A stretch of 64,000 nucleotides of DNA from Escherichia coli. GTDB taxonomy: Bacteria > Pseudomonadota > Gammaproteobacteria > Enterobacterales > Enterobacteriaceae. A model generated the notes under the pieces. It saw nothing but the letters and a program-made list of their open reading frames with translations. It made no database searches and had not been told where the DNA came from. How positions within the stretch are numbered: the stretch's first letter is position 1; every line of letters starts with the position of its first letter. Made by a program: the position numbers and the translations under genes. Positions 47,800-63,173 of this stretch are shown here, in pieces. The DNA is taken from NCBI RefSeq assembly GCF_003334355.1, contig NZ_QOWP01000001.1, one strand, 5' to 3'.

Positions 47800-50472
47800 T
47801 TAAGCAATGGTACGTTGGATCTCGATGATTTCGAATACTTCGATCACATCGCCAGTGCGGACGTCGTTGTAGTTCTTAACGCCGATACCACATTCCATAC
47901 CGTTACGGACTTCGTTAACGTCATCTTTGAAGCGGCGCAGGGACTCCAGCTCGCCTTCGTAGATAACCACGTTGTCACGCAGAACGCGGATCGGGTTGTG
48001 ACGTTTAACCACACCTTCGGTAACCATACAGCCTGCGATGGCACCAAATTTCGGCGATTTGAACACGTCACGAACTTCCGCCAGACCGATAATCTGCTGT
48101 TTCAGTTCCGGAGACAGCATACCGCTCATCGCCGCTTTCACTTCGTCAATCAGGTTATAGATGACGGAGTAGTAACGCAGATCCAGGCTTTCCGCTTCAA
48201 TCACTTTACGTGCAGAGGCATCAGCACGTACGTTAAAGCCAACCAGGATGGCGTTGGACGCCGCAGCCAGGGTGGCGTCGGTTTCGGTGATACCACCTAC
48301 GCCAGAACCGATGATCTTCACTTTAACTTCGTCAGTAGACAGTTTCAGCAAGGAGTCGGAGATCGCTTCGACAGAACCCTGTACGTCTGCCTTCAGGACG
48401 ATATTCACTTCGTGAACTTCGCCTTCGGTCATGTTGGCGAACATGTTCTCGAGTTTAGATTTCTGCTGACGCGCCAGTTTAACTTCGCGGAATTTACCCT
48501 GACGATAGAGTGCAACTTCACGCGCTTTCTTCTCGTCACGTACAACGGTAACTTCATCACCCGCAGCCGGTACGCCGGACAGGCCGAGGATTTCCACCGG
48601 AATGGACGGACCCGCTTCCAGCACTTCCTGACCCAGTTCGTTACGCATCGCACGAACACGACCGTATTCGAAGCCACACAGAACGATATCGCCCTTGTGC
48701 AGAGTACCTTCACGTACCAGAACGGTAGCAACCGGACCACGACCTTTATCGAGGAAGGATTCGATAACCGCACCGCTCGCCATACCTTTACGTACCGCTT
48801 TCAGCTCCAGAACTTCCGCCTGCAGCAGGATAGCGTCCAGCAGTTCATCGATACCGGTACCCGCTTTCGCAGATACGTGTACGAACTGGCTTTCACCGCC
48901 CCACTCTTCCGGCAGGATGCCGTACTGGGAGAGTTCGTTCTTAACGCGATCCGGATCAGCTTCTGGTTTATCGATCTTGTTCACTGCAACCACCACCGGT
49001 ACCTGCGCCGCTTTCGCGTGCTGGATTGCTTCGATGGTCTGCGGCATCACACCGTCGTCGGCAGCAACAACCAGGACTACGATGTCCGTTGCCTGCGCAC
49101 CACGAGCACGCATTGAAGTAAACGCGGCGTGCCCCGGGGTGTCCAGGAAGGTGATCATGCCGTTTTCAGTTTCAACGTGGTATGCACCAATGTGCTGGGT
49201 AATGCCGCCCGCTTCGCCAGAGGCCACTTTCGTTGAACGAATGTAGTCCAGCAGAGAGGTTTTACCGTGGTCAACGTGACCCATGATGGTCACAACCGGC
49301 GCGCGCGGTTCAGCCGCAGCACCCGTGTCACGGTCGCTCATTACCGCCTCTTCCAGCTCGTTTTCACGACGCAGGATAACTTTATGGCCCATCTCTTCAG
49401 CAACCAGCTGTGCGGTTTCCTGATCGATAACCTGGTTGATGGTTGCCATTGCGCCCAGTTTCATCATCGCTTTGATGACCTGAGAGCCTTTAACCGCCAT
49501 CTTGTTCGCCAGTTCGCCAACGGTGATAGTTTCGCCGATCACAACGTCACGGTTAACGGCCTGAGCAGGCTTCTGGAAGCCTTGCTGCAGCGAAGAACCT
49601 TTACGTTTTCCGCCTTTACCGCCACGTACTGCTGCGCGTGCTTCTTCACGATCAGCTTTTGATTCAGCGTGTTTGTTGCCTTTCTTCGGACGCGCTGCTT
49701 TCGCGTTACGACCACGGCCACGGCCGCCTTCGACTTCACGATCGCTTTCGTCTTCTGCCTGGCGAGCATGTTGAGAAGTAGTGACGTGATAATCGCTGGA
49801 ATCTTCAGTCGGTTCCGCGTTATCAGTCCATTTGTTTTCTTCCGCCATACGACGTGCTTCTTCAGCAACGCGACGTGCTTCTTCTTCGAGTTTACGACGC
49901 GCTTCTTCTTCAGCTTTACGCTTGAGCTCTGCAGCTTCCTGCTCACGGCGGGCTTTTTCAGCCTGGGCGTTTTTAGTCATATCGTCTTGTTGATTGCTCA
50001 CTTTGTCTTTTTCCGCAGCTTCACGTTTCGCTTGTTCAGCAGCTTCACGCTTAGCTTGTTCTGCGGCCTCACGTTCAGCTTTTTGTTGCGCCTCGCGTTT
50101 AGCCGATTCTTCTGCCTCACGACGGGCTTGCTCTTCCGCTTCACGCTGCGCTTGCTCTTCCGCTGCAAGGCGTTCAGCCTCTTGCGGATCGCGTTTCACA
50201 AAGGTGCGTTTCTTGCGGACTTCGATTTGTACCGATTTGCTTTTTCCACCGGTACCAGGAATGTTAAGGGTGCTGCGTGTTTTACGTTGCAGCGTCAATT
50301 TGTCCGGGCCTGAATTTTTCTGATTCAGGTGGTCAATCAAAGTCTGTTTCTCTTGTGCAGACACAGAGTCGTCAGCAGACTTCCGGATACCTGCATCAGC
50401 AAATTGCTGTACCAGGCGTTCCACGGAGGTCTGTCGCTCTGCGGCCAGCGTTTTAATCGTTACATCTGTCAT
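47800..50472 (-). CDS. infB: translation initiation factor IF-2
   Basis: 890 aa; GHVDHGKT G-domain; in-frame internal GTG (codon 158, 50001..49999) and ATG (codon 165, 49980..49978) at the positions of the IF2-beta/gamma starts. Confidence 0.97.
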
Positions 50473-50496
50473 GCTGTTCCTTCCTGCTACAGTTTA

Positions 50497-51984
<1,488 letters not shown>

Positions 51985-52011
51985 CGCGGGCTTTTCACCT
52001 CATCCAGACTA

Positions 52012-52464
52012 TTAAAAGTGGGGAACCAGGTTCGCCTTCTGGATATTACTCAGCGCGAACACTTCATCTTTACCTTCGACGGTAACTGTGATCATTTCAC
52101 CGTCTACCGCTTTGATAACGCCCTGCCATTTACGACGGTTTTGTACCGCCATACGGAGAACCAGAGTCACCTCTTCTCCGACAAAACGGGCGTAGTGTTC
52201 AGCCGTGAACAGTGGGCGATCGAGACCCGGTGAGGAGACTTCCAGGTTATAAGCAACGGTGATGGGATCTTCAACATCCAGCACAGCACTTACCTGGTGG
52301 CTCACATCAGCACAATCATCAACATTGATGCCATCTTCACTATCAATATAGATGCGCAGTGTGGATGTGCGACCGCGAATAAATTCGATGCCAACCAGTT
52401 CAAAACCCAGGGCCTCAACTGGCGCAGTAATCATCTCTGTTAATTTTTGCTCTAATGTGGACAA
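52012..52464 (-). CDS. rimP: ribosome maturation factor RimP
   Basis: Trimmed to TTG start giving [20 protein letters not shown] (150 aa). Confidence 0.9.
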
Positions 52465-52477
52465 GCCCACCCCCAAG

Positions 52478-52500
52478 ACATAAAAAAAGGGCCTAAAGCC
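52478..52500 (-). terminator. candidate hairpin/attenuator upstream of rimP
   Basis: gggc-ctaaa-gccc stem followed by a run of T on the minus strand. Confidence 0.35.
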
Positions 52501-52520
52501 CAGTTATTCTGTAGTCAGAT

Positions 52521-52548
52521 AACAAAAAACCCCGATAAATCGGGGCTT
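52521..52548 (-). terminator. intrinsic terminator downstream of metY
   Basis: ccccgat-ttat-cgggg hairpin with T-run on the minus strand. Confidence 0.55.
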
Positions 52549-52670
52549 TATATAACTGAACCCTATAACCGCAACTGCGGTCTGGAGCACTTTCCAGAAG
52601 GATTTTTTCAAATCCCACTACGAAGGCCGAAGTCTTCACAGTATATTTGAAAAAGAACTCTAAGGGAAAG

Positions 52671-52747
<77 letters not shown>

Positions 52748-53003
52748 TCTGAAACGTGGCAAATTCTACTCGTTTTGGGTAAAAAATGCAAATACTGCTG
52801 GGATTTGGTGTACCGAGACGGGACGTAAAATCTGCAGGCATTATAGTGATCCACGCCACATTTTGTCAACGTTTATTGCTAATCATGTGAATGAATATCC
52901 AGTTCACTTTCATTTGTTGAATACTTTTGCCTTCTCCTGCTCTCCCTTAAGCGCATTATTTTACAAAAAACACACTAAACTCTTCCTGTCTCCGATAAAA
53001 GAT

Positions 53004-53044
53004 GATTAAATGAAAACTCATTTATTTTGCATAAAAATTCAGTG
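53004..53044. promoter_or_regulatory. argG promoter region with candidate ARG boxes (ArgR operator)
   Basis: aaatgaaaactcattta / ttttgcataaaaattcagt resemble the tGAAT-AT-rich-ATTCa box; approximate. Confidence 0.4.
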
Positions 53045-53079
53045 AGAGCGGAAATCCAGGCTCATCATCAGTTAATTAA

Positions 53080-54438
<1,359 letters not shown>

Positions 54439-54445
54439 TTCGACA

Positions 54446-56071
54446 TCAACCCTGCCCTTCAGGGGTGGGGTTACCTTGCTTATCCTCTGTAAACTCCTTT
54501 CTGAGCATCACATAATCGAAAACATCATGGTTTGCATCCACAACCCGTGAGTCTCCTTTATAGTGTGCAATCACTTCCTCAAGCGTTTGCGGCTGTTCCG
54601 GCTTTGTTACCCCCATCCACGCATTAATAAGGTAATTATTGTAAGCTGTCGAAAAGATGTTGTTTTCCGTTGTGCGATCCACGCCATCCCCAAGAACGGG
54701 GCTATACCAGATAAACATCGGGACATGATATGCCTGCTGGCTAGCCTCCCTGCCTCCATGAAAATAGACGTTCTTCTTCGTAGGGTCACGTTCCAGGCCG
54801 TGGTCGGCAAAATACATGACCGAGGCGCGGCGATCTTTTAATAATTCAAAAACCTGACCTAGCAAACTATCTGTGTAATGAATGGAGTTGTCATAGCAGG
54901 CATCCTGATCGTCCTGCGGTTGAAACACGGCGCTGGATTGCGGATAGGCGCTACAAGCCGGTTCATGGCTTCCATTTAAATGAAGAACAATCAGTTTCTT
55001 TTGCTGCGTATTTTGCTGTAATGCTTGCGATAAATGCGGCAACAACAATTCATCAAATCCTCTGACATAAACTGTTTCCATGGCGCGCATGGCGATACTG
55101 GTAACTGCTGTACCATTCTGCCGAAAAGCGGATTGCGAGCTTAGCCAGAAAGTCTGAAATCCTGCTTGATTAGCCATATTAATAATGTTGTCGGGGTAAT
55201 TATGAATGTCATGACTCAAAACAGAATCAGCAGTTAAAGAAAGGGGAACCGACAGCGCAGTGTAAGGTGCGCCGCTTATTGCTTGATTAAACAGTTTGAT
55301 CTGTTTTCTTTGTGCTTCAACTTGCGGTGTCGTAGAGCGTGTATATCCATACAAAGACATATTGTCGACACGTACAGACTCCCCCACAATCAACACGTAG
55401 GTATCAATACCTGTATCCCTGACTGATAATTGAAAATACGGCACCGTGTTTGCAATTGAGAGTAATCTTTGATGCTCTTTCGCTGCTAAAGCAAAATAGT
55501 TGAGATTGAAAAACGGCGTATAGGTAGCAAATCGCGACGCTAGTATATATGGACTGAACGCTTTTTTATTTTTTGCATCTTTATAAGCAAATTGACAAGC
55601 GGAAAATAAACTGCCCGAAATGACAATCAGCAATAATATTCCTGTCACTTTTTTTGTCGGCAAGGAAACATCATATTTTATTATTACTGCCAAAAAAAGA
55701 AGGGATAAAAAAGCAAAGGCACATAGATAAGGGATATACATCCCCAGCATTTTGACAACTTCATCCGGATCACTCTGGAGCACACTAATCGCAAATCCAT
55801 CATTGAAAGTTGTACCAAAGGTACACCATGAATAGAGGCTAATACTCATGTCTGCCGCAGTCAGTAACACAAATGGTGCGGCAACAAGCAGGCGAAGCGG
55901 AAGGGATGATATACGTTTTACAACCAGGATGGTCAGAACGAAGAACAGCAAGCGCTGAACCATATGCGCGCCGGAAGAGGCGACTAAGTTCGTAATACCC
56001 AAAACAATAACACAAAGATACAACAACCAATGAGATTTAAAACTTCTAGCAAATTTGTTGAATACTGTCAT
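54446..56071 (-). CDS. yhbX: phosphoethanolamine-transferase family inner-membrane protein (EptA-like)
   Basis: Trimmed to MTVFNKFARSFKSHWLLYL (541 aa); hydrophobic N-terminus plus sulfatase-like domain; AT-rich. Confidence 0.85.
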   Translation of the reverse strand: MTVFNKFARSFKSHWLLYLCVIVLGITNLVASSGAHMVQRLLFFVLTILVVKRISSLPLRLLVAAPFVLLTAADMSISLYSWCTFGTTFNDGFAISVLQSDPDEVVKMLGMYIPYLCAFAFLSLLFLAVIIKYDVSLPTKKVTGILLLIVISGSLFSACQFAYKDAKNKKAFSPYILASRFATYTPFFNLNYFALAAKEHQRLLSIANTVPYFQLSVRDTGIDTYVLIVGESVRVDNMSLYGYTRSTTPQVEAQRKQIKLFNQAISGAPYTALSVPLSLTADSVLSHDIHNYPDNIINMANQAGFQTFWLSSQSAFRQNGTAVTSIAMRAMETVYVRGFDELLLPHLSQALQQNTQQKKLIVLHLNGSHEPACSAYPQSSAVFQPQDDQDACYDNSIHYTDSLLGQVFELLKDRRASVMYFADHGLERDPTKKNVYFHGGREASQQAYHVPMFIWYSPVLGDGVDRTTENNIFSTAYNNYLINAWMGVTKPEQPQTLEEVIAHYKGDSRVVDANHDVFDYVMLRKEFTEDKQGNPTPEGQG

Positions 56072-56492
56072 CCAGAAATCCAAGTTCACAACCAATATAA
56101 ACAATTATCAACAATGTTCAATTTTATATCAGACATGTTTTTCAACTCTGATCCATATCAGACCGAAACACTGTTAGTTTTTTCTTTTTAAATGATGCGG
56201 CCATTGCGTTCTCAGTAATTAAATAACATTATCAATGCGTCTCTAAACATTACGCAGAACGTAGCCATCAGTAGTTATACTGACAGGAGCAGGATGGTTT
56301 ATCGAGAAGTAAACATATCCGTATTCGTACCGGAACTGGAGTTGACACAATAAAGTGCCAATTATGTCAGCAGAAGGGAAAAGTTTATAACTAAGGCGTA
56401 CCGGCACCATCGTTTCAAGGTACCAGCTACGAGTAAAGCAACTGGACGAGATACAGATACCTGACAACCATTCCTCAGACCAGGACCAAAAC

Positions 56493-56523
56493 GAAAAAAG
56501 ACGCTTTTCAGCGTCTCTTTTCT
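56493..56523 (-). terminator. intrinsic terminator downstream of leuU
   Basis: agacgct-tttc-agcgtct hairpin with T-run on the minus strand. Confidence 0.65.
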
Positions 56524-56529
56524 GGAATT

Positions 56530-56616
56530 TGGTACCGAGGACGGGACTTGAACCCGTAAGCCCTATTGGGCACTACCACCTCAAGGTAGCGTGTCTACCA
56601 ATTCCACCACCTCGGC
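56530..56616 (-). tRNA. leuU: tRNA-Leu (GAG)
   Basis: Reverse complement reads GCCGAGGTGGTGGAATTGGTAGACACGCTACCTTGAGGTGGTAGTGCCCAATAGGGCTTACGGGTTCAAGTCCCGTCCTCGGTACCA; long variable arm. Confidence 0.95.
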
Positions 56617-56630
56617 ACGGATACTACTTT

Positions 56631-56963
56631 TTAGTTCGGGATATCGCTGGTCGGCTTAGCCGGAGCAGCTGGTTGAGTTTGTTCGGTTTTCACCGGTGCA
56701 CTCAGATTTTCCCATTCGCTACCTTTATTGGTTTTGTTGCTATTGATGTTACCCAGCACCAGACTGATGATGAAGAATAACGTTGCCAGCAGCGCCGTCA
56801 TGCGGGTCATGAAGTTACCAGAACCACTTGAACCAAACAGCGTAGCGGAAGCGCCTGCTCCGAAGGAGGCTCCCATATCAGCGCCTTTACCTTGCTGCAG
56901 CATGATCAGACCAACAAGGCCAATTGCCACAATAAGGAAAACTACTAAAAGAGCTTCGTACAT
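56631..56963 (-). CDS. secG: preprotein translocase subunit SecG
   Basis: Trimmed to MYEALLVVFLIVAIGLVGLIML (110 aa); leuU follows 14 nt downstream. Confidence 0.95.
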   Translation of the reverse strand: MYEALLVVFLIVAIGLVGLIMLQQGKGADMGASFGAGASATLFGSSGSGNFMTRMTALLATLFFIISLVLGNINSNKTNKGSEWENLSAPVKTEQTQPAAPAKPTSDIPN

Positions 56964-57144
56964 AATCAACCTGTTCCTTGCGGAGTTGCCGCGTACCAAT
57001 GCTTCAACCAATAAAGCGGGAGTTTTTAATCTTTCCCACTGAAGCGGGTGTGAATACTAACCAAAGCGAATGACCTTCGCAAGGGCAATTTTATCGCATT
57101 GTATCAACTGCGGAAAAAAACAGCAAAACCGATGTGTTCGCTGA

Positions 57145-57172
57145 GAAAAAAGGCGACAATCGCCGCCTTTTT
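57145..57172 (-). terminator. intrinsic terminator downstream of glmM
   Basis: aaaaaggcg...cgccttttt hairpin; T-run on both strands. Confidence 0.6.
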
Positions 57173-57190
57173 AGCCAGTTATCTAACGCT

Positions 57191-58528
57191 TTAAACGGCT
57201 TTTACTGCATCGGCGATGCGGTGTGCAAATTCAGTCACCTGCGCTTCGTCTTCGCCTTCCACCATCACGCGAATTAACGGTTCGGTGCCGGATTTACGCA
57301 GCAACACGCGTCCACGGTTGCCCAGCGCAGCTTCAACCTCTGTGGTCACGGCTTTAACTGACTCATGCTCAAGTGGATCGCCGCTACCTGCGGTGTAACG
57401 TACGTTAACCAGAATCTGCGGGAACATTTTCATGCCGCTGCAAAGGTCGTGCAGGCTCATATGGTTACGTGCCATAGCCGCCAGCACCTGCAAGCCAGCA
57501 ACGATGCCGTCACCGGTAGTAGTTTTATCCAGCAGGATCACATGACCGGAATTCTCTGCACCGATACGCCAGCCTTTCTCCTGCATTTTTTCCAGTACGT
57601 AGCGGTCACCCACTTTCGCGCGCGCAAATGGAATTCCTAACTGTTTCAGCGCCAGTTCAAGCCCCATGTTGCTCATCAATGTACCCACAGCGCCACCACG
57701 CAGCTGGCCCTGACGAAGACCTTCACGCGCGATGATATACATGATCTGATCGCCATCGACTTTATTGCCTTCATGGTCAACCATAATCACGCGATCGCCA
57801 TCGCCGTCGAAGGCAATACCGAGATCCGCTTTTTCAGCCAGCACACGAGCCTGGAGCGCGCGAACGTCGGTAGCCCCCACTTCGGCATTGATGTTTACAC
57901 CGTTTGGCTCACAACCGATAGCGATAACGTTCGCCCCCAGTTCGCGCAGCACGTTCGGCGCGATGTGATAAGTCGCACCGTTTGCACAATCCACCACAAT
58001 CTTCAGTTCACTGAGGCTAAGTTCGTTCGGGAACGTGGCTTTGCAAAACTCGATATAGCGACCCGCGGCATCAACGATACGGCTGGCTTTACCCAGTTCT
58101 GCCGAATCAACGCAGCTGATCTCCTTTTCCATTTCCGCTTCGATGGCCTCTTCTACCGCATCCGGCAGTTTGGTGCCGTCGATAGAGAAGAATTTAATGC
58201 CATTATCGTAGAACGGGTTATGCGATGCAGATATCACAATTCCGGCCTCTGCGCGGAAGGTACGCGTCAGATAAGCCACGGCCGGTGTTGGCATCGGGCC
58301 AGTGAAGAGTGCGGAAAGGCCCGCTGCCGCCAGACCCGCTTCCAGTGCTGACTCCAGCATATAGCCAGAAATACGCGTGTCTTTACCAATAATGATCTTA
58401 CGGGAGCCGTGGCGCGCCAGCACTTTACCCGCGGCCCAACCCAGCTTAAGCACAAAATCAGGTGTGATCGGCGCATCCCCTACACGACCACGAATCCCAT
58501 CGGTACCGAAATATTTACGATTACTCAT
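57191..58528 (-). CDS. glmM: phosphoglucosamine mutase
   Basis: 445 aa; phosphoserine-loop motif SASHNP; overlaps folP stop region. Confidence 0.97.
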   Translation of the reverse strand: MSNRKYFGTDGIRGRVGDAPITPDFVLKLGWAAGKVLARHGSRKIIIGKDTRISGYMLESALEAGLAAAGLSALFTGPMPTPAVAYLTRTFRAEAGIVISASHNPFYDNGIKFFSIDGTKLPDAVEEAIEAEMEKEISCVDSAELGKASRIVDAAGRYIEFCKATFPNELSLSELKIVVDCANGATYHIAPNVLRELGANVIAIGCEPNGVNINAEVGATDVRALQARVLAEKADLGIAFDGDGDRVIMVDHEGNKVDGDQIMYIIAREGLRQGQLRGGAVGTLMSNMGLELALKQLGIPFARAKVGDRYVLEKMQEKGWRIGAENSGHVILLDKTTTGDGIVAGLQVLAAMARNHMSLHDLCSGMKMFPQILVNVRYTAGSGDPLEHESVKAVTTEVEAALGNRGRVLLRKSGTEPLIRVMVEGEDEAQVTEFAHRIADAVKAV

Positions 58529-59369
58529 AGCGTTTGTTTTCCTTTGCAGACAGAGTGGCTTCCACCACCCGCATCGCTTCTACGGTTTCTTTGACGTCAT
58601 GAACACGAATAATGTGCGCGCCTTGCATTGCGGCAATGACCGCACAGGCCAGACTACCGCTCAGGCGCTCGGACGGCCCCACGTTCAGCAGCTGCCCAAT
58701 CATCGATTTTCGTGACATACCTACCAACAGCGGCAGGTTGAAATGGTGAAATTCAGCCAGGCGCGCCAGTAATGAATAGTTATGGGAGAGATTTTTACCG
58801 AAACCGAATCCGGGGTCGAGCAACAATTTCTCTTTTGCGATACCCGCCTGCTCGCAACGTGCTATTTGCTCAATAAAGTAGCGATTCACTTCTGCAAAGA
58901 CATCGTCATACTTCGGAGCTTCCTGCATGGTTTTTGGATTTCCCTGCATATGCATCAGACAAACCGGTAAACCGGTTTCTGCAGCCGCCTCCAGAGCGCC
59001 AGGTTCGGAAAGGGAGCGGATATCATTAATAATGTGAGCGCCAACTTTCGCTGACTCACGGATGACTTCTGGTTTGGATGTATCTACCGAGATCCAGACT
59101 TCGAAGCGTTGAGCAATTGCCTCAACCACAGGAATAACACGTTGCAACTCTTCTTCAACGCTAACTTCCGCCGCCCCTGGGCGCGTGGACTCGCCACCAA
59201 CGTCAATGATCGTCGCGCCAGCGTTGATCATCAGATTCGCATGTTTCACCGCATCTATCAGCGAGTTATGCGTGCCACCATCCGAAAAGGAATCAGGCGT
59301 GACGTTGAGGATCCCCATTACGTGAGGATGGCTAAGGTCCAGTGAAGTACCCTGGGCAAAGAGTTTCAT
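58521..59369 (-). CDS. folP: dihydropteroate synthase
   Basis: Trimmed to [32 protein letters not shown] (282 aa). Confidence 0.95.
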
Positions 59370-59458
59370 GATGTTATCCCTGGTATGAATTGATAAGAAA
59401 AAACCCCGGAGCACGCCCCGGGGTTTTCGGTACAAATACAGTCATCTGATGCGGGAAC

Positions 59459-61393
59459 TTACTTGTCGCCTAACTGCTCTGACATGGTGTTACCCGGGTT
59501 CGGCGTACGCGGTTCATCAACCGGACGAGGAGCCTTTGGACTACCATTGTCGCCAGAATTGTTAGAAGCGCCTGGTTCTTCCCAGCCCGCTGGCGGACGT
59601 ACATCGCGACGTGCCATCAGGTCATCAATCTGCGGTGCGTCGATAGTCTCATATTTCATGAGAGCATCTTTCATCGCATGCAGAATATCCATATTGTCGG
59701 TCAGAAGCTGACGCGCACGATTATAGTTACGCTCAATCAGTGCTTTCACTTCCTGGTCGATGATACGTGCAGTTTCATCGGACATATGTTTCGCTTTCGC
59801 TACGCTACGGCCGAGGAATACTTCACCTTCTTCTTCCGCGTACAGCAGTGGACCCAATTTCTCAGAGAAGCCCCACTGAGTCACCATGTTACGTGCCAGG
59901 TTGGTCGCAACTTTAATATCGTTGGACGCACCGGTAGAAACATGTTCCGGCCCGTAGATGATCTCTTCTGCCAGACGACCACCGTACAGCGTAGAAATCT
60001 GGCTTTCCAGTTTCTGACGGCTGGCGCTGATTGCGTCGCCCTCAGGCAAGAAGAAAGTCACACCCAGCGCACGACCGCGTGGGATAATCGTCACTTTGTG
60101 CACCGGATCGTGTTCCGGCACCAGGCGACCGATAATCGCATGACCCGCTTCGTGGTAAGCCGTTGATTCTTTCTGCGCTTCCGTCATCACCATGGAGCGA
60201 CGTTCCGCACCCATCATGATTTTGTCTTTCGCTTTCTCGAACTCAACCATCGACACAACGCGTTTGTTGCCACGAGCAGCGAACAGTGCCGCTTCGTTCA
60301 CCAGGTTCGCCAGGTCAGCACCGGAGAAACCAGGAGTACCACGGGCAATGATTGCCGCGTCGATATCGGGTGCCAATGGTACGCGACGCATGTGAACTTT
60401 CAGGATCTGCTCACGACCGCGAACATCTGGCAAGCCAACCACAACCTGACGGTCGAAACGGCCAGGACGCAGCAGGGCCGGGTCGAGAACGTCCGGACGG
60501 TTAGTCGCGGCGATAACGATGATACCTTCGTTACCTTCGAAGCCATCCATCTCAACCAGCATCTGGTTCAGAGTCTGTTCACGTTCATCGTGACCACCGC
60601 CCAGACCAGCGCCACGCTGGCGGCCTACGGCGTCGATTTCATCGATAAAGATGATGCACGGTGCCGCTTTCTTCGCCTGTTCGAACATGTCACGAACACG
60701 GGATGCACCCACACCGACGAACATTTCTACGAAGTCAGAACCGGAGATAGTAAAGAACGGAACTTTCGCTTCGCCTGCAATCGCTTTCGCCAGCAGCGTT
60801 TTACCGGTACCCGGAGGACCGACCATCAGGACGCCTTTCGGGATCTTACCGCCGAGTTTCTGGAAGCGGCTCGGCTCGCGCAGATACTCAACCAGTTCAG
60901 CAACTTCTTCTTTTGCTTCGTCGCAGCCCGCAACGTCAGCAAAGGTCGTTTTGATCTGATCTTCCGTCAACATGCGCGCTTTGCTCTTACCAAACGACAT
61001 GGCACCTTTGCCACCGCCGCCCTGCATTTGACGCATGAAGAAGATCCAGACACCAATCAGCAACAGCATCGGGAACCAGGAGATGAAGATAGAAGCCAGC
61101 AAGCTTGGTTCTTCAGGCGGTTCACCGACAACCTTGACGTTCTTGGTCAACAGGTTATCCAGTAATTTCGGATCCTGAACCGGAATGTAAGTGGTATAAC
61201 GGTTACTATCTTTCTTGGTAACGTTGATTTCACGTCCGTTGATACGCGCTTCACGAACCTGGTCGTTATTGACCTCTTGTAGGAAGGTAGAGTAATCCAC
61301 CTTACGGCCATTAGACTCGCTGGGCCCAAAGCTCTGGAATACTGACATCAGCACAACGGCAATGACCAGCCAGAGTATTAGGTTTTTCGCCAT
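59459..61393 (-). CDS. ftsH: ATP-dependent zinc metalloprotease FtsH
   Basis: Trimmed to [16 protein letters not shown] (644 aa); Walker [14 protein letters not shown] zinc motif. Confidence 0.97.
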
Positions 61394-61492
61394 GTCACTC
61401 AAGGGATTAACCTCTTATTACAACTGTGTTAAAAACAGCGTCAGGATACTCTATATCCAGCATCTTTCAAACTTTCGTCTGAAATCTCCCGG

Positions 61493-62122
61493 TTAGGGTT
61501 TACGCCCGGTCGCTACAATATACACTTCCCGCGAACGTGCACGAGAAGAGTCCGGCTTACGAACTTTAACCTTCGTAAACAGGGAGCGAATTTCCCTTAG
61601 ATACTCATCGAAACCTTCGCCCTGGAACACCTTCACTACAAAACTGCCACCTGGCGCTAATACATCACGACACATTTCTAGCGCCAGTTCCACCAGATAC
61701 ATGGCACGGGGGATATCCACCGCCGGTGTTCCGCTCATGTTTGGTGCCATATCGGACATGACAACCTGGACTTTGCTGTCGCCAACGCGCTCCAGCAGTG
61801 CTTTCATCACCAGTTCATCACGAAAATCGCCCTGAAGAAAGTCCACACCAACGATAGGATCCATAGGTAAAAGATCGCAAGCGATGATGCGGCCTTTGCC
61901 GCCAATTTGGGTGACCACATATTGTGACCAACCACCCGGAGCAGCACCAAGGTCGACAACCGTCATTCCCGGTTTAAAGAGTTTGTCACTTTGCTGTATT
62001 TCATCAAGTTTAAACCAGGCACGGGAACGTAACCCCTTTTTCTGTGCCTGTTGAACATATTTATCGCTAAAGTGTTCCTGAAGCCAGCGGCTGGAGCTGG
62101 CAGAACGCTTCTTACCTGTCAT
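61493..62122 (-). CDS. rlmE: 23S rRNA (uridine2552-2'-O)-methyltransferase
   Basis: 209 aa; synteny (ftsJ/rrmJ). Confidence 0.95.
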
Positions 62123-62247
62123 TTAACTTTCCCATGGGGATAACTCATCGTAACCAATTGCGTAAATTTTTACGCGCCTATTTGGTGATATATGGGAGAT
62201 GGCGGTAGAATGACCCGTTTTCAATCCCAACGTAAGCAAAAAATACG

Positions 62248-62541
62248 ATGAATCTGAGTACTAAACAAAAACAGCACCTGAAAGGTCTGGCACATCCGCT
62301 CAAGCCAGTTGTTCTGCTTGGCAGTAATGGTTTGACCGAAGGGGTGCTGGCCGAGATTGAACAAGCGTTAGAGCACCATGAACTCATCAAGGTGAAAATC
62401 GCCACCGAAGATCGCGAAACTAAAACCTTGATCGTGGAAGCTATCGTGCGCGAAACCGGCGCCTGTAATGTACAGGTCATCGGTAAAACGCTGGTGCTTT
62501 ATCGCCCAACTAAAGAACGTAAAATCTCGCTGCCACGCTAA
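62248..62541 (+). CDS. yhbY: CRS1/YhbY-type RNA-binding protein
   Basis: 97 aa; divergent from rlmE. Confidence 0.9.
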   Translation: MNLSTKQKQHLKGLAHPLKPVVLLGSNGLTEGVLAEIEQALEHHELIKVKIATEDRETKTLIVEAIVRETGACNVQVIGKTLVLYRPTKERKISLPR

Positions 62542-62628
62542 GATTATCCTAAAGTTACACACATTTGCTGTGTAAAACGAGGGGTTTTCCGCAGGCAGGA
62601 GAGCAAAATGCCACGCTCTGTTCGTTGA

Positions 62629-62653
62629 TAAAAGGCCGCATAGCGGCCTTTTT
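62629..62653. terminator. bidirectional intrinsic terminator between yhbY and greA
   Basis: ggccgc-ata-gcggcc hairpin with A-run upstream and T-run downstream. Confidence 0.65.
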
Positions 62654-62696
62654 CCTTTCTTTACAATACATCAACATCTTGAGTATTGGGTAATTC

Positions 62697-63173
<477 letters not shown>

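Noticed and set aside
47401..49116. 571-aa plus-strand ORF antisense to infB/rbfA
   Set aside because: Spans two well-supported minus-strand genes; shadow ORF.
49669..50323. Alternative-frame ORFs in the infB 5-prime region
   Set aside because: Artefacts of the repetitive, GC-skewed sequence encoding the IF2 N-terminal repeats.
60392..61165. 257-aa plus-strand ORF antisense to ftsH
   Set aside because: Shadow ORF within ftsH.
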